NCBI RefSeq assembly: GCF_009914755.1
Contig: NC_060935.1
Length of the DNA: 64,000 nucleotides
Source: the human T2T-CHM13v2.0 reference genome, Homo sapiens
Strand: one strand, 5' to 3'
Shown here: positions 28,801 through 44,286 of the stretch, piece after piece
Layout of the letters: the number at the start of each line of letters is the position of its first letter
Numbering within the stretch: the first letter of the stretch is position 1
Translations under genes and position numbers: made by a program
The notes under the pieces: model-generated
The model's input: only the letters and a program-made list of their open reading frames with translations
Databases searched by the model: none
Told to the model about the DNA's origin: nothing

Positions 28801-29712
28801 CAAAGAGAGTTCAGTACCACTAGACCTACCCTGCCCTGCAGGAAATCTTAAAGGAAGTCTTACATGATGAAATAAAAATATACTAGAATGTAATGCAAAA
28901 CTCCATGAAGAAATAAAGATCTCAATAAAGGTAAATATATGGGCAATTATAAAAGCTAGTATTATTGTAACAATTTGTAACTCCATTTTTTAATTTTACA
29001 TGATTTAAGAGACTAATACATAAAAGAAAAACTATTATAAGCTAAAAGGTAGTATTATAACTTTGGTTTTAGACATAATACATAATTTTATTTTACACAA
29101 TTTAAGAGACTAATGAATTTAACAAGAACAATTATTAGTATATTTATTAACACAATGCACAAAGATGTAATTGAAAAAAGTGAGGAGGAAGCTGTAAATA
29201 AAAAAGTTTTTTTATGTTATTGGAGTGAAGCTGGTGTAAATTTAACTCAGAGTGCTAAAAGTTTAGGATGTTAAATGTAATACTTATAGTAACCACAAAG
29301 TTGTTGTAGCATATACACAAAAAGAAATAAGAAGGGAATTAATACCCTAAACTACAAAAAGAGTAACTAAAACAAAACACAGTAATATAGAATATCAGGG
29401 ACAAAAAAAATTAAAGTCATATAGGAAACAAATAAGAGAATGAAAGAAATAAGTCCCTTCTTAGCAGTAATTACATTGAATGTAACTAGATTAATCTCTC
29501 CAATCAAGAGATAGAGATGGGCAGAATGGGTTTTTTAAACAAAACATGATCCAGCTATGCACTGTCTACAAGAGACTCATTATAGATCCAAAGATAGGTT
29601 AAAAGTGAAAATATGGAAAAAGATATTCCACGCTCATAGTAAAAAAAAGTGAACATGGGTTGCTATACTAATATAAAAAACAGACTCTAAGTTTAAAAAT
29701 TTTATAAAAGGT

Positions 29713-30030
<318 letters not shown>

Positions 30031-30966
30031 TTAATAAAAGTTTCAATATAACATGAATATATAATAATTACAAACATTTAAACAATAATAAAAAACAAAA
30101 ATAAATAAAACAAAAGTGACAGAATTATAAGAAGAAATAGGTATTTCTAAAATCATGATTGGAGACTTTCATACCCCACTCTCAGTAAAGGATAATACCA
30201 CCAGAATGAAGATAAGTAAGGAGAGAGACTTGAATAACACAATAAACACATTAGACTTAAAAGACACGTGCACGACACTTTACTCAACAACAAAAGAATA
30301 CACATTTTTCTCAAGTGCAAATGAGATATTCTCTAGGATAGACCATATATTATGCCCAAATTAAGTCTCAACATTTAAAGAGATAAATGCTATACAGTGT
30401 ATTTTTCCCGTCTACAACAGGATGAAGTCAGAAATGAATACCAGAAGGAAAACTGGAAAAATTACAAATTGGTAGAAGATAAACAGGACGTTTTAAAATA
30501 ATCACTGGATCAAGGAAGAAATCACAAGGGAGATTAGAAAATGCTTAGAGATGAATGAAAACAAAAGCATAACACACCCAAAGTTACAGCATGTGCTGAA
30601 AGCTAGGGGGAAAATTTAGAGCTATAAATTTAATATTTACACAGAAAAGTGCGAAAGATCTCAATCCAACAACCTAACTTTATAACTTCAGGAGCTAGAA
30701 AGAGTAACTAAACCAAAGGCTAGCAAAAGGATGAAAATAATAAAGATTAGAGCAAAAATAAAATAAAGAATAGAAAAGCAATAGAAAAAATCAATGAAAT
30801 CAAAAGTTGATTTTTCAGAAAGATCAACAAAATTGACAAACATTTAGTAAATTGACTAAGAAAAAGATAGAGTAATCAAATTACTAAAATCAGAATTGGA
30901 AGTGGGGACATTACTACCAATTTAATAGAAATAAAGAGGATTATAGGAGAGTACTGTATGCCAGCG

Positions 30967-31289
<323 letters not shown>

Positions 31290-31966
31290 TGAGTACGGTA
31301 TGCTATCTAATTTGGTAATGAGGACAAAATGGACAATTGCTAGAAACACAAAACTTGCAAAGACTAAATCATGAAGAATTAGAAAATCTGAATAAACCTA
31401 TAACAAATGAGATAGAATCAGTAATCAAAAATCTCCCAACAAAGTAAAGCACTGGACCTGATGGCTTCTCTGATGAATTCTACCAAACATTTACAGAAAT
31501 AACATGACAAAATCAAGCTTTTCCAAAAAATTGAAAAGAAGGGATAACTTCTTAACTTGTTCTATGAGGCCAGGAGTACTTTGATACCAAAGCCAGACCA
31601 AGCCATTACAAGACAACTACAAACCAGTATCACTTATGAATGTTAATGCAAACATCCTCAAAAAAATACTAGCAAAATTAATTCAAAAGCCTATTAAAAG
31701 GATTATATAACATGACCAAGTGGGATTTATTCCTGGAATACAAGCATACTACCCAAAGCAATCTACGGATTCAAAGCAAACTCAATGACTCAATAAAATC
31801 CCAATCTACAGATTCAAAGCAATCCCAATGACTCAACAAATTCCCAAAGTCTTTTGTTGCAGAAAGAAAAGCCTATCCTAAAATTCATATAGAATTTCAA
31901 GGTACTGTGAATAGCCAAAAAAAAATACAGTTCCATACCTAGGTAGGTATCAATCAGTTATGAAAA

Positions 31967-32390
31967 TGGTTGGAGGCTAATGTTCTTCCCCAAATGTCCT
32001 CAAACCTGTGACTATATTACCTTCCTTAGCAAAAATAACTTTGAATTAATTCAGGACCTTGAGATGAGACAGTTTTTCTGAATTATCAGGGTGGACCTAA
32101 TGTAATTTTAGGGTCATTATAAGTGAGACACAAGAGCACTGGAGTCAGAGAAAATGTGAACACAGAAGCAAAGGTCTGAGTGATGCCTTTGCTAGAAAGG
32201 GTAGTGAACCAAGGAATGCAGGCAGGCTTTCAAAGCTGGAAAAAGCAAGGAAACCAATTGTGCTATAGAGCCCCGAGAAGTATCACAGGCCTGCCAATCT
32301 ATTTTAGAATTCTGACCTACTGTAAGGTGATAGATTTGTGTTGTATTAAGTTTGTAGTAATTTGCTACAAAACAATAGAAAACTAATACA
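31967..32390 (+). mobile_element. MaLR solo LTR (MLT1C/D-like)
   Basis: 'aacctgtgactatattacctt', 'gaccttgagatgaga', terminal 'gaaaactaataca'. Confidence 0.85.
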
Positions 32391-33340
32391 AAGATAAAGA
32401 TATTTTTGAGGAACGTTATTTAGAGTTTGTTTGTGATAATGTTGGGACATACTAGTAGCAGAGAATTTAAAAAGAAGTATCTTCATTTTCCAAACAAGGG
32501 AGACAATAGAAAATGTTAAAAAATTAGAAAAATCAAGAAACGAGCAGTATAAGAAAGCTGTTTATAAATGTGGAGGTAAATGCCAAGAAAATGTAGCTAA
32601 AAGAGTGAAATATGCTGGCTTTTAGGGACTGGAAGTCAGAAGTGGGAAGATTTGACATTTTTAAACTCTGTTTATCTATTGTGTAGGATTAGAAATACAC
32701 AAAAAGAAACAATGAGATTGGAGAGGAGAAAACCCTTTTGTTTACTGGTGGAATTCATTCTTCCTTTTTTAAATGATTCTACTCTATAAGTTTTTCACTG
32801 GACTTGACACATATTAATGTTAAATATCTGCCTATGATATTGTTTCCTGCACTAGTCCCTTAGCTTGACATTCACAGTACATGCTCAGTAGCATGTGGTT
32901 GGCACATAATCTACTGGGGTTTGTTCTGTGTCTCATTCATCATTATATCCCAGACCCTGATACAATACTTGACATACAATATATAGTGGCTGAATAAATG
33001 AAATTCTGGCTGAAAAATGAATGAATGCATAATCATTATTAGGACTTTTATGAGCATCATAAATCACAGGTTAATTTGAGAAAGAAGATATTTTAAAGAC
33101 TTTCATGAAAAGTGGGTATTTGAAATATTCTTGAGGAGACATACTATGACAAATTTCATATCTCTGCATAGGCACATACATTCTCTTACCTTCAAAGCTT
33201 CAATGTATATTATGTAATTATGCACACTTTTAAGCAAGCTCCTTCCTATTGCATTAGGTAGGTTGATTCTACAGCTGAATCACTGAATTGGTTATCTCAG
33301 TCACAAGTACAACATGGTCAAGACAAACATCAATAGGGTG

Positions 33341-33972
33341 TGTATCAGGCAGGGTGCAGTCAGAAAAAAATGAGCTATTGTAAATATTATGGTAATAAGG
33401 ATTTTATTATAGGAAATTGATCTTGTGCACGTATGGGAGGGGCTTGGTCAATGAAGATCTGGAAGAGGGGTGTCAGAAGATCCAAGAGAATTACGACATA
33501 GTCCATCTGGAGCACTGGCATGGGGTGAATAATATGGAGCTTATGGGAGAATCTGAAATTGCAAGCACAGAAGGCTTCAGGAGTGGAACTATGAAGACGA
33601 AGCCTCTAGGGTATTCCTGTGAAAGCTGTTGCCCCCATGTAATTACCACTTCAGTCAGTCCACAGCCAGGCAGCTGGTGGTGCGTGGGCCTGGAGATGCT
33701 ACTGGGCAGTAGGGGCAGCAGGTGGAAAACAAAGTCAGCATGAAACAGGGGAGAGTGAGGACAAGCTGTTAGGCATCTCTGCATTTTTTCATGTCGCTAT
33801 GTCTCATCACAACAGCCTTCCAAGAATAAGGGTTCTGCATTTCTCCACCTTCCAAATCTTGCAAAACTTCATTTTTGTTTTGGCAACTGTAACATAAAAC
33901 CTAACAGTAAAGGGGATTCTGGACTATGTAATTCTCAATCTCCATCAAGTTGATGTAACAAAATGTAGCACA
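33341..33972. mobile_element. Probable old ERVL/MaLR-class LTR
   Basis: Begins 'tgtatcaggcagggtgcagtcag', ends 'ca', higher GC than flanks. Confidence 0.5.
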
Positions 33973-34214
33973 GATGAGGACAGATGCACTTCTAACAGGG
34001 AAAGGGGAAAGTCTTTGTTGTATATTTGCTGAACAATAATCCAGATTTTTTACAGCGAACTTCAACTTTGAAAACTTGGGATATTGCTATCTCCCTCTAA
34101 ACTTCAATCATGAAAACCTCAGAACTATTTCACTCTAAGGGAATATAACAATTAAACATACATGAAGATATTCAGCTTTCTCTGATATGTATAGTAAGTG
34201 CTAAAAAATGTTAA

Positions 34215-34357
34215 GGCTGGACATGGTGGCTCAAACCTGTAATCCTCCAACACTTAGGGAGGGAGAGGTGATAAGATAGCTTGAACCCAGGAGTTTGAGA
34301 CACCTTGGGCAACATAGTGAGACCCCATTCTCCACACACACAAACATACACACAAAA
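34215..34357 (+). mobile_element. Free left Alu monomer (FLAM-like)
   Basis: Single monomer with CA-rich tail; TSD aaaaatgtt. Confidence 0.85.
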
Positions 34358-37300
34358 ATGTTGGTTTCTTTTCCTGTTGAATGGCATAATTTTATAGGTA
34401 AAAGAAACCCAAGAAGTAAAATAGGTCAGTTTCTGACTACTGATCTCAGCCACTCCTAACCTAATAGACTTTCAGTCACACCCAAAAACTAGTGCCTTGC
34501 AGAAAAATAAAAGCCACTGCAACTTCCCAGTAATGTTCTGAATACATAGTTTGCACAATACTCTGTGTGAGGTGCTCTGTGAGGGATGGCAGGTTTCACT
34601 GATGAGTCTAACTTGGTTTGTGCTCTCAAGCAGCTGATCCTGAAGCTGAATAGACAAGGCTAGTGTGTTTGTGCCTATGATCAAAGACACACTAAAAGAA
34701 ACTGCCCCAAAGTTAAAATAATATGGATTTTTCAGAGAACACGTAGGGAATGTCAATCAGCTGGCTGTGGACAGATTTTCTAGTTGAAACTTATTTAAGA
34801 GGGAAGGAAGGGAGGGTTAATAGAGAGCTATTAATTATATTCTGAGGTGGAGAGAGAACACACCAAGGCTAACATCTGATGGCCTCCATTTTCTTAGAGT
34901 TCTTAAGCAGAATAAGCAGAGTGTGGTCATCTATGAAAAGTAAAATTAATCAGCATTAGTACAAATAATTTTCTGGAAAAGGAGTAAAACAAAAGGGTTT
35001 TCTGGTAGCCTTCATAACTCTGAAATCATAAATTTATTTGAGATAGTGTCGATAAAGTTATTATTGTTACTTTTATTTGAGTAAAAGGTTTGGATTTGGT
35101 TATTGACTGATACACATTCCGGGGATATTCATTTCTTCCACTTCCCTGCAACTCTCAATTTATTTTTTATAAAATGTTTCAGATTAATTTGAAATTATTG
35201 TCTTGCTTTACTCAAAAGAAAAACCTCAACAAGGTTTTCATTTTTATAGCTTATGACTTAGAATTTGTTTGTTTGCTTTTCTACAGGAACTATAATGACC
35301 ACCTTTCACAGGTGACTTGCTGCTGTTTAGGAGAGGCTTGGTGATTATCATCAGAAAAGAGCCAAAGAAGGAAGAAAGAGAATTAAATGTGTCTAATTCT
35401 CAAATGATAAAATATAGCCCTAAAGCTATTAAAGCACATGTATTGTTAGGTGACCTAGGAGTTCTGGAAAGTGTGAAAGGCAGCAACATCAAGTGACTTT
35501 CTTGGTTGTAATAATCTATGGATAATCTAAGAATTATCACATCGAGGTGTGCAGGATCCATTTAGCATTGCTAATGGCATTTTGTATGTGGGTAGTAATG
35601 GCCTGATAGCCACTTTCCTTTTGAGCCTCCATATTGCAGTGTATGATTCATAGCCAACACTTGAGGCTTTAAATAATAGACCTTTTCATTTTGATTCTCT
35701 GATCCTAAAATTCCTAATGACATAGCATTTTTAAGGCACTAATGTGAATTCTACATTTACATTCACAGGAAATGTTTTTAATTTATTCATGTAAAAAATG
35801 GTTTAATAGTTTGATTGCTTTGTTCACTGAAATAGTAATTTTAAAACACTTGAAATTAAACTGAAAAGTCAAAAGTGTTTTAAAACATCTCTAAGACAAT
35901 TATGTAAAACTCATGGGCTTAAATATTAAAGTAACATTGACAAGTTGGGAGGAATGAAATATGATTCAAATGTTTTAACTGATTTTCAATCAATCAAGGG
36001 CTTGAACCTGAATTTCCTATTTTAGCTTTTAAACTCATTGGGGGCAAAGTTTGACTTTATTAAAATCTGTGTATGAATTTGGAAGATATTCTATTATAGA
36101 CAGAAGCTATGTTGGGCAAAGGGGCTTCAATCCTGTCTTGGCTGTAAACACCCCACCTTCAATGCAGTGCATGACAAAAATATGACTTGGTATTTCAAGC
36201 AAGTTTGCTGTTCCAAACCCACACATTCTGAGCTGCATCAGCTTTGAAATTCAAATGCCAGATGATTTGGAAATCACTTTTGAGGAGAAAAATATATTAT
36301 GGTGCATTCTCCCTTGCCTGGCTGGATTGATGACAAAGCCTTTACATATTTACAGGTTAAAAGAGGCAGTGAGCAGGAAAGTCCCTTGTCTATAACATAA
36401 ATTGACAACCTTAGTCTCTTTGAGATGTGGGTTCACAAGAGTTCAGAGAGCATTTTTTTGCCAGGAACACTAAAACCTCAGAGGGACATCAGCTCTTTAA
36501 AGGCAGGAAAGGACCCTAGCACTTATCTACTTTAATCCTTTGGTGTCTCTATGTAAAATGGTATAAGAATAGCCTCTAAATATCTTAGAGGGTTGTGGTG
36601 AAGATTAAATAACAAAGACAATTTCTATACGGAACTTGAAACATCTCAGATACTTGTTATATGTTCACCTCTTTCATTCATTTCCACAGATATTAGTCTT
36701 CCTTTGTGTTTAGCAGCAAATAATGTGAATCCATAAGCAAGTACATGGAAGGCCAAAGATATTAAGCTATTGGTATTGCAAATAAATGTAACACCTGTCT
36801 AGCTACTCTGTCTGTTAATCTGACAACACTCAATTTACCTTTCTAATTAAAAGCTTACTTAAAATCTACCTTTTGATATTTTGTTTGCACCCCTTTGGTT
36901 ATTTTATATTTTGACATTTTGAATATGTTTTAAGTTTTATTTATTTTGGCTAAAGACTCTTTCTATATGATTGTATAATATATGTACAATTTGTAGCATC
37001 TTCTGAATAACAAGGATCCTTTGAAATCTTATAAGCATCTTTTTTCTAGTTTATGTAAATTGGAAAGCTGAGACACTTTAGCCATTTTATCTAAAAATCT
37101 CTATACCAAATCTTTAATTTGTTAGTTTAGTTTAATTTTTATAATTCAGCACTAAGCAAACTGGCTTTAGGGAACTATTGTTTGTTTGTTTGATGAAGTG
37201 CTCTTGTACCACCTCAGATACGCATTTAATCCCCTCAAATAGAATCTTGGCCTTCTGAGATGTAGTGCAGGGCCTCTTAGATCATAGGAAATGATTCGCA

Positions 37301-37769
37301 GGGTGAGATGGATTCACCACTCAGGCTTCAAGCACTTTAGACAGCCAGAAATGGTAAGATAGAAAACACCTTGATCTGTAGCATAATGCAACAGGAATGT
37401 TGCCTAACTCCAGGAGTATGTTTGTCCCAACTGCAGCAATGTGTTCGTATTTGTGTTTTACTAACTGTCACTATGTTTTTATGACCAGCCCTCCCCTACC
37501 AGACCAAGCAACTTTAGTATAGCTCTCAAATTCTTTTCATTTCTGTATTCTTTATAATTATGGTCTAGAATATAGTAGATATTCAATAAATTTTAAAACA
37601 AGCAAATGATTAGGGGAAAACTGTACAAAGAAAAAAAATCTTTGGGTGACTTCCCAATTCAAAACACGTCTAACCTAATTTTTTGACATTATGGAGCTAA
37701 TCATATCATAATTTATGATGATATTGATTCAGAAGGATGTTTGAGATACCTGCTTTATTTCTGCTGACA

Positions 37770-38130
37770 TCTACTTGGCTGATTTACTCACTTCCTCCCT
37801 TCTCTCACTTCATTTATGGTCCCATTTCACCTTCTCAAAGAGGTCTGCACTGATGATATATTTAATAACTGTCCCTCTACCTCATCCCAGACACCCACGA
37901 TCTGCAAGACCTTTCCTTTATTTTCCTTTTTACAAAAATCCTTTTCCTTTCCAAAGTTCTATATCATCTATTTATTGTCATTATTGTATACTGATTCTCT
38001 CTTGCTGTCAGCTTGTAAATTTCACTAAGGTAGATCTGTTAATTTGTTTTGTTCACTAATATTTCCCAAGTACCTTGAATAATGTCTAGCACTTTGTAGG
38101 AGCTCAATAAATGTTTATTGACTATATGAA
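37770..38130. mobile_element. L2 3' end remnant
   Basis: 'ttttgttcact...tagcactttgtaggagctcaataaatgtttattga'. Confidence 0.8.
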
Positions 38131-38479
38131 TAGAAGACACTCAAAAGTCAGCTCTAATTGTTAGGTTTCTAAGATAGGAGTTAAAATTTTGACATTGTAT
38201 GTAGATTTGCCATGATAAGGTTGGAAAGTAAGGGGTCTAGTTTTCACAAAATTAATGTATCCATACACTACCATTCAGATCTGCTGCAGTTTTCACAGAG
38301 TTGGAAGTAGTCTCCGTTTGTGTTGGCCCCAGTGGTTCATCCCATTCCTTGAGTGGCCACGACTGTTTTGCTCTTTCTCCTTTCTGCCTTTGCCATTTTG
38401 CTTAACCTGCTTCTACGCTTTTTTTTATGCTCAACTCTGTTGTGCCTTGTGCTGTTAGCTGTTTCTCAACAGGAGTAAA

Positions 38480-38705
38480 GTTAAGCATGTATGTGCGCTC
38501 TGAATTCAAACTACTTGAGTTTTTATGTTGAACTCATCTTTACTAGCTGGATGTGTGATTCAGGGCTATTTTCCTTACTGCTCTGCAACTCAATGTACTC
38601 AGCTAGAAAATTGGGATAATCTTGCTTCTTCTGTGTAGAAATGTATGAATGAATAAGATCTTATATGAGGCAATTATAACAGTGTATAGCATATAGCAAA
38701 CTCTC
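38480..38705 (-). mobile_element. MIR remnant
   Basis: 'tactagctggatgtgtgat...ctcaatgtactcagctagaaaattgggataat'. Confidence 0.65.
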
Positions 38706-39001
38706 AAGATTAAAATGAAAGTCATTTTAGTTCTGGCTCAAGTGGACCATAAATTTCTTTAGAGTAAGGACCATCCAGGATTCCTTTTTTTTTCTGTGTA
38801 TCCTAGAGAATATAATAGCACATACTATACATATTTACTGATTGATTTTTTGACTTTTCAGCTGTTTGGTTTGTTTTAATGACAGTGAAGACAAGGTTTT
38901 TATGATGTCCCTAAAGATAGCTATGAAAATAAAAAGCAAAATGAATATCACATACTAAGATAATATTAGTTCTTATTATACTAGCTTTTCTTTGTGAAAC
39001 C

Positions 39002-39345
39002 TGTAGTGAAAATGCTTGTCATTATTGGGTCTTCAAGCCATTAATTTATTGATTCTCCACCCTAAACCTCACAAAATTTGACTGAAATCCTAACAAATGT
39101 TAATGCTCACTAGCTAAAGGACCCCAGGATACACTTACAGTCAAATAAAGTTGAGTTTATTACTTCCTGCAAAAAGGGATATTGTACATTTTTGATAATA
39201 GTAGGTACTTTGATAAGAAAGTTTTGGGGTATGGATTGTCACGGGATTGGATCTTGTGTTAAGTGACCTGGGGAGATTGGAAGGAAATAGAGATCTATTC
39301 TGAATTTGGTAATTTTATGAGGAAGGGATAAATTTATGAAGTATC
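39002..39345. mobile_element. Possible old LTR fragment
   Basis: TG start; 'aaataaagttgagtttattact' antisense LTR-like polyA region. Confidence 0.35.
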
Positions 39346-40297
39346 TTAATATTTGTTTAGTTCACACATAATAATTATACTTATTTATGGTATATAGAGA
39401 GATATTTTGATACATGTATACAATGTGTAATGATCAAATCAGGGTAATTAGCATATCCATGATTTCAAACATTAATCATTTGTGTTGTGAACATTCAAAA
39501 TTCTGTCTTCTGGCTTTTTGAAAATATACACTAAATGATTGCTAACTGTATTCAGCCTACAGTGGTACAACACACTAGAAGTTATTTCTCCCATCTAGCT
39601 GTAACTTTGCATTCATTAACCAACCTCTGCCTATCCTTCCCTCCCTCTTCCCTTTCCCAGCCTATAATGACCATAATTTTACTCTCTGCTTCTATGAACT
39701 CATTCTTTTAGCTCCCATATATGAGTGAGAACATGTGATGCTAATCTTTCCATACCTGACTTATCTTTCCATGCCTGACTTATTTCACTTCATATTAATA
39801 TTCTCTAGGCTCATCCATATTGCCACAAATGACAGGATTTCATTGTTATGGCTAAATAGTATTCCATTGTGTATATATGCCACATTTTCTGTATCCATTC
39901 ATCTGCTGATGGGCATGTGGGGTTATTACGTAATGGTGGCTATTGTAAATAGTGCTGCAATAAACATGGGGTTGTTGGTATCTCTTTGTTATAATGATTT
40001 TATTTCCTTTGGATAAATACCCAGTATTGGGAATGCTGGGTCATAGGTAGTTTTATTTTTAGTTTTTTGAGAAATCTACATGCTGTTTTCAATAATGGCT
40101 GTATTAATTTACATTTGCACCAACAGTGTGTATGAGTTCCCTTTTCTCTGCACCGTCAACAGTATACGTTATTTTTTGTGTTTTTGATAACAGCCATTCT
40201 AACTGGGGTATGATGAGACCTTATTATGGTTTTTTGTTTTTATTTTGGTGATGATTAGTGATGTTGAGCATGTTTTTATATGTCTGATGGAATTTGT

Positions 40298-40601
<304 letters not shown>

Positions 40602-42007
40602 AGGCCATTTGTATGTCTTATTTTGAAACATGTTTACTCAAATCATTTGCCCATTTTTTAATGGGATTATATGGTCTTTGCTGTTGAGACGTTTGTGGTC
40701 CTTGTATATTCTGGATATTAATCTCTTGTCAGGTTAAGTTTTCAAATATTTTCTTTTATTCTACAGGTTGTGTCTTCACTCTGGTGATTGTTCCTTTGCT
40801 ATACAGGAGATTTTTTTGATTGATATAGCCCCATTTGCCTATTTTTGTTTTTGTTGCCTGTACTTCTAAAATCTTACCCATAAAATCTGTACCAAGACCA
40901 ATGTTCTGAAGCATTTCCTTATAATTCTTCTAGTAGGTTTTATAGTTTCAGGTTTTACATTTAAGTCTTTAATTCATTTTTAGTTGATTTTTGCATATGG
41001 TGAGATATGGGGCTCTAGTTTCATTGTTCTTGATGTGGATATTCAGTTTTCCTAGCTGCATTTATTGAACAGGGTGCCCTTTACCCAATATATATTCTTG
41101 GTGTCTTTGTCTAAAATCAGATGATTGTTAATACATGGATTTATTTCTGGGTTCTTTATTCTGTTTCATTGATCTATTTTTCTATTTTTATAATAATACT
41201 GCACTGTTTTGTTTACTACAGCTTTGTAATATACTTTGAAGTCAGGTAGTGTGATGCCTCCAACTTTGTTCTTTTTGCTCAGCATTGCTTTGACTATTGT
41301 CAAGAAACCAAATGTTTTTTGGTCCCATATGAATTTTAAGATTTTTTTTCTGCTTTCATAAAGAATGTTATTGGTATTTTGATGGGTATTGCATTGAATT
41401 TGTAGATTGCTTTCTGAAATATGGTTATTTTAATAATATTAACTGTCCTATTCCATTTTTTTGTGTCCTCTTCAATTTATTTCATCAACATTTTGTAGTT
41501 TTTATTGCAGAAGTCTTTTACTTCCTTGGTTACATTTATTCTTAGTTATTTTAATTTTTGTAGCTGTATATTTTTGTATGGAATTTTTTAAAATTATGCT
41601 TTTACCTAGTTAATTATTGGTGTATATAAATACTACTAAGATTTGTGGGTTGATTTTCTACTCTGTAACTTTACCGAATTTGTTGATTACTTCTAAGAGG
41701 GTTTTTTTGTGGGTTTGTGGGGTTTTCTATGTATAAGATTATGTCATCAGTAAAGAGGGAATTCTGCTTTTCCAGTTTCCATGCACTGTATTTTTTTTCT
41801 CTAGGCTATTTTCTCTGGATAGGACTTCTGGTCCTATCTTATTCTTATGATAAATAAGAGTGGTGAAAGTGGGCATTCTATCTTCTTCCAGCAATTAGAG
41901 GAAAGGTTTTTTTAGCATTTCCACACTCAGGATGATACTAGTTGTGGGTTTGTCATATATGGATTGTATTGTGTTTGTGCACATTCCTTCAGTAGCACTT
42001 TGTTGAG

Positions 42008-42168
42008 TTTTTTGTTTGTTTGTTTGTTTTTTACCATGAAGAGATGTTAGCTTTTATTGTTTTTTGTTTTTTGTTTTTTTTTTACCATGAAGAGATGTTA
42101 GCTTTTATCGTTTTTTGTTTTTTGTTTTTTGTTTTTTTTTACCATGAAGAGATGTTAGCTTTTATTGT
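42008..42168. repeat. Three-copy minisatellite (~51-57 bp unit)
   Basis: accatgaagagatgttagcttttat at 42033, 42084 and 42141, separated by T-rich spacers. Confidence 0.95.
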
Positions 42169-42406
42169 ATGCTTTTTCTGTATGAATTGAGATGATTATA
42201 TGATTTTTGTTCTTCATTCTGTTGATGTGATGTTCTTCATTCTGTTGATCACATTATTGATTTGCATAAGTTGAACCCTTCTTGTATTCTTGGGATAAAT
42301 CCCATTTGATCATGGTGTATTATATGTTGGTGTATTGCTGGGTTTGGTTTGCTAGTAATTTGTTGCATGTTTTGCATGTGTTTTCATCAGAAATATTGGT
42401 CTGTAC

Positions 42407-42445
42407 TTTGTGTGTGTGTGTGTTTGTGTGTGTGTGTATGTGTGT
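42407..42445. repeat. Interrupted (TG)n
   Basis: Direct reading. Confidence 0.85.
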
Positions 42446-42665
42446 CCATGTCTGATGTTGGTATAATGGTAATGCTGGCTTCATAGAATGAGTTAAGAAA
42501 AATTCCCTTCTCTTCAATCTTTAGAATAGTATAAGAAAAATTGTGTTAATTCATTTTTTAAATTTTAATAGAATTCATAGTAAAGCAATCAGTGCCAGGC
42601 ATTTCTTTTTTTAGGAGACTTTTATTACTGATTCAATCTCATTATGTGTTATTGGTAAGTTCAGA

Positions 42666-42980
42666 TTTTTTCTTTCTTTCTTTCTTATGTATTTATTTAT
42701 TTAGACACGGAGTCTCACTCTGTTGCCAGGCTAGAGTACAGTGGCATGATCCTGGCTCACTGCAACCTCTGCCTCGGGTTCAAGTGATTCTCCTGCCTCA
42801 GCATCCCAAGTAGGTGGGACTACAGGTGTGCGCCACCACGTCCAGCTAATTTTTGTATTTTTGGTAGAGATGGGGTTTCACCATGTTGGTCAGGATGGTC
42901 TCAAAATCTTGACCTCGTGGTCAGCCCGCCTCAGCCTCCTGAAGTGCTGGGATTACAGGCATGAACCACTGTGCTCAGCC
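42666..42980 (-). mobile_element. AluS (Sc-like)
   Basis: 'caggatggtctc...tcttgacctcgtg'. Confidence 0.95.
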
Positions 42981-43996
42981 TTCTTCCTTATTTAATCTTG
43001 TTCAGTTACACATCCAGGAATATATATATTCCCCATAGGTTTTCTAATTTGTTGGCATATAGGTGTTCCTAATAGTCTCTAATGATCATTTGTTTTTCTA
43101 TAGTATCATTTGTAATGTCTCTTATTTCATTTCTGATTTTATTTATTTGGGTCTTCTCTCTTTTTTTCTTAGCTTAACTAATGATTTGTCAAATTTATCT
43201 TTTCAAAAACACAAATTTTCATTTTGTTTATTTTTAAATATATTTTAAGTATCTATTTAGTTTATTTCTGCTCTGATATTCATTATTTTTCCTCTACCTA
43301 TTTTGGGTCAGATTTGTTCTTGCTTTTCTGGTTCCTTGAGGTGCATTGCTAGGTTATTTGAAATCTTTCAACTTTTATAAAATAGACAGTTATTGCTATT
43401 AGTGCTGCTTTTTCTGTGTCCCATTGGTTTTGGTATGTTATGTTTCCATTTTTATTGATTTCAAGAATTTTTTTTGCTTCTTAATTTTTTCACTGAGCCA
43501 CTAGTTGTTTGGAAGCATATTATTTAATTTCCCTTTATTTGCACAGTTTTCAGAGTTACTCTTTCATTGATTTCTAGTTTTATTCCATGATGATCTGAGA
43601 AGGTACTTGATATGATTTAAATTTTTTAAAAATTTTAAGTCTTGTTTTATGACCTAATATATGGTCTATCATGCATAATATTCCATGTGCTGATGGAAAG
43701 AATGTGTATTCTGTAGCTTTTGGGTAAAATGTTCTGCAAATATCTGTTAAGGCCTTTTGATCTATAGTGAAGTTTTAATTCAATATTTCTTGGATGATTT
43801 TTCATCTAGATGGTCTGCCCAATGATCAAAGTGGAATGTTGAAGTTTCTAACTATTGTATTGGGCTCTATCTTTCTCTTTAGTTCTAATGATATTTGCTT
43901 TAAATATTTATCTGCATACTCCATTCTTCAGTTCATATATATTTACAGTTGTTATATTCTCTTGCTGAATTGATCACATTTTCATTGTATAATGAC

Positions 43997-44286
<290 letters not shown>

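Noticed and set aside
28543-28986. 147-aa minus-strand ORF with HT repeats
   Set aside because: Antisense of old L1 plus a (CA)n microsatellite.
39746-39785. Short tandem duplications (also near 19505, 20893, 54331 and 58256)
   Set aside because: Ordinary 10-20-bp slippage duplications with no further structure.
42008-42168. Repeat-spacer pattern resembling a CRISPR array
   Set aside because: Eukaryotic context, spacers are the same T-rich low-complexity sequence, the repeat is L1-derived, and there are no cas genes.
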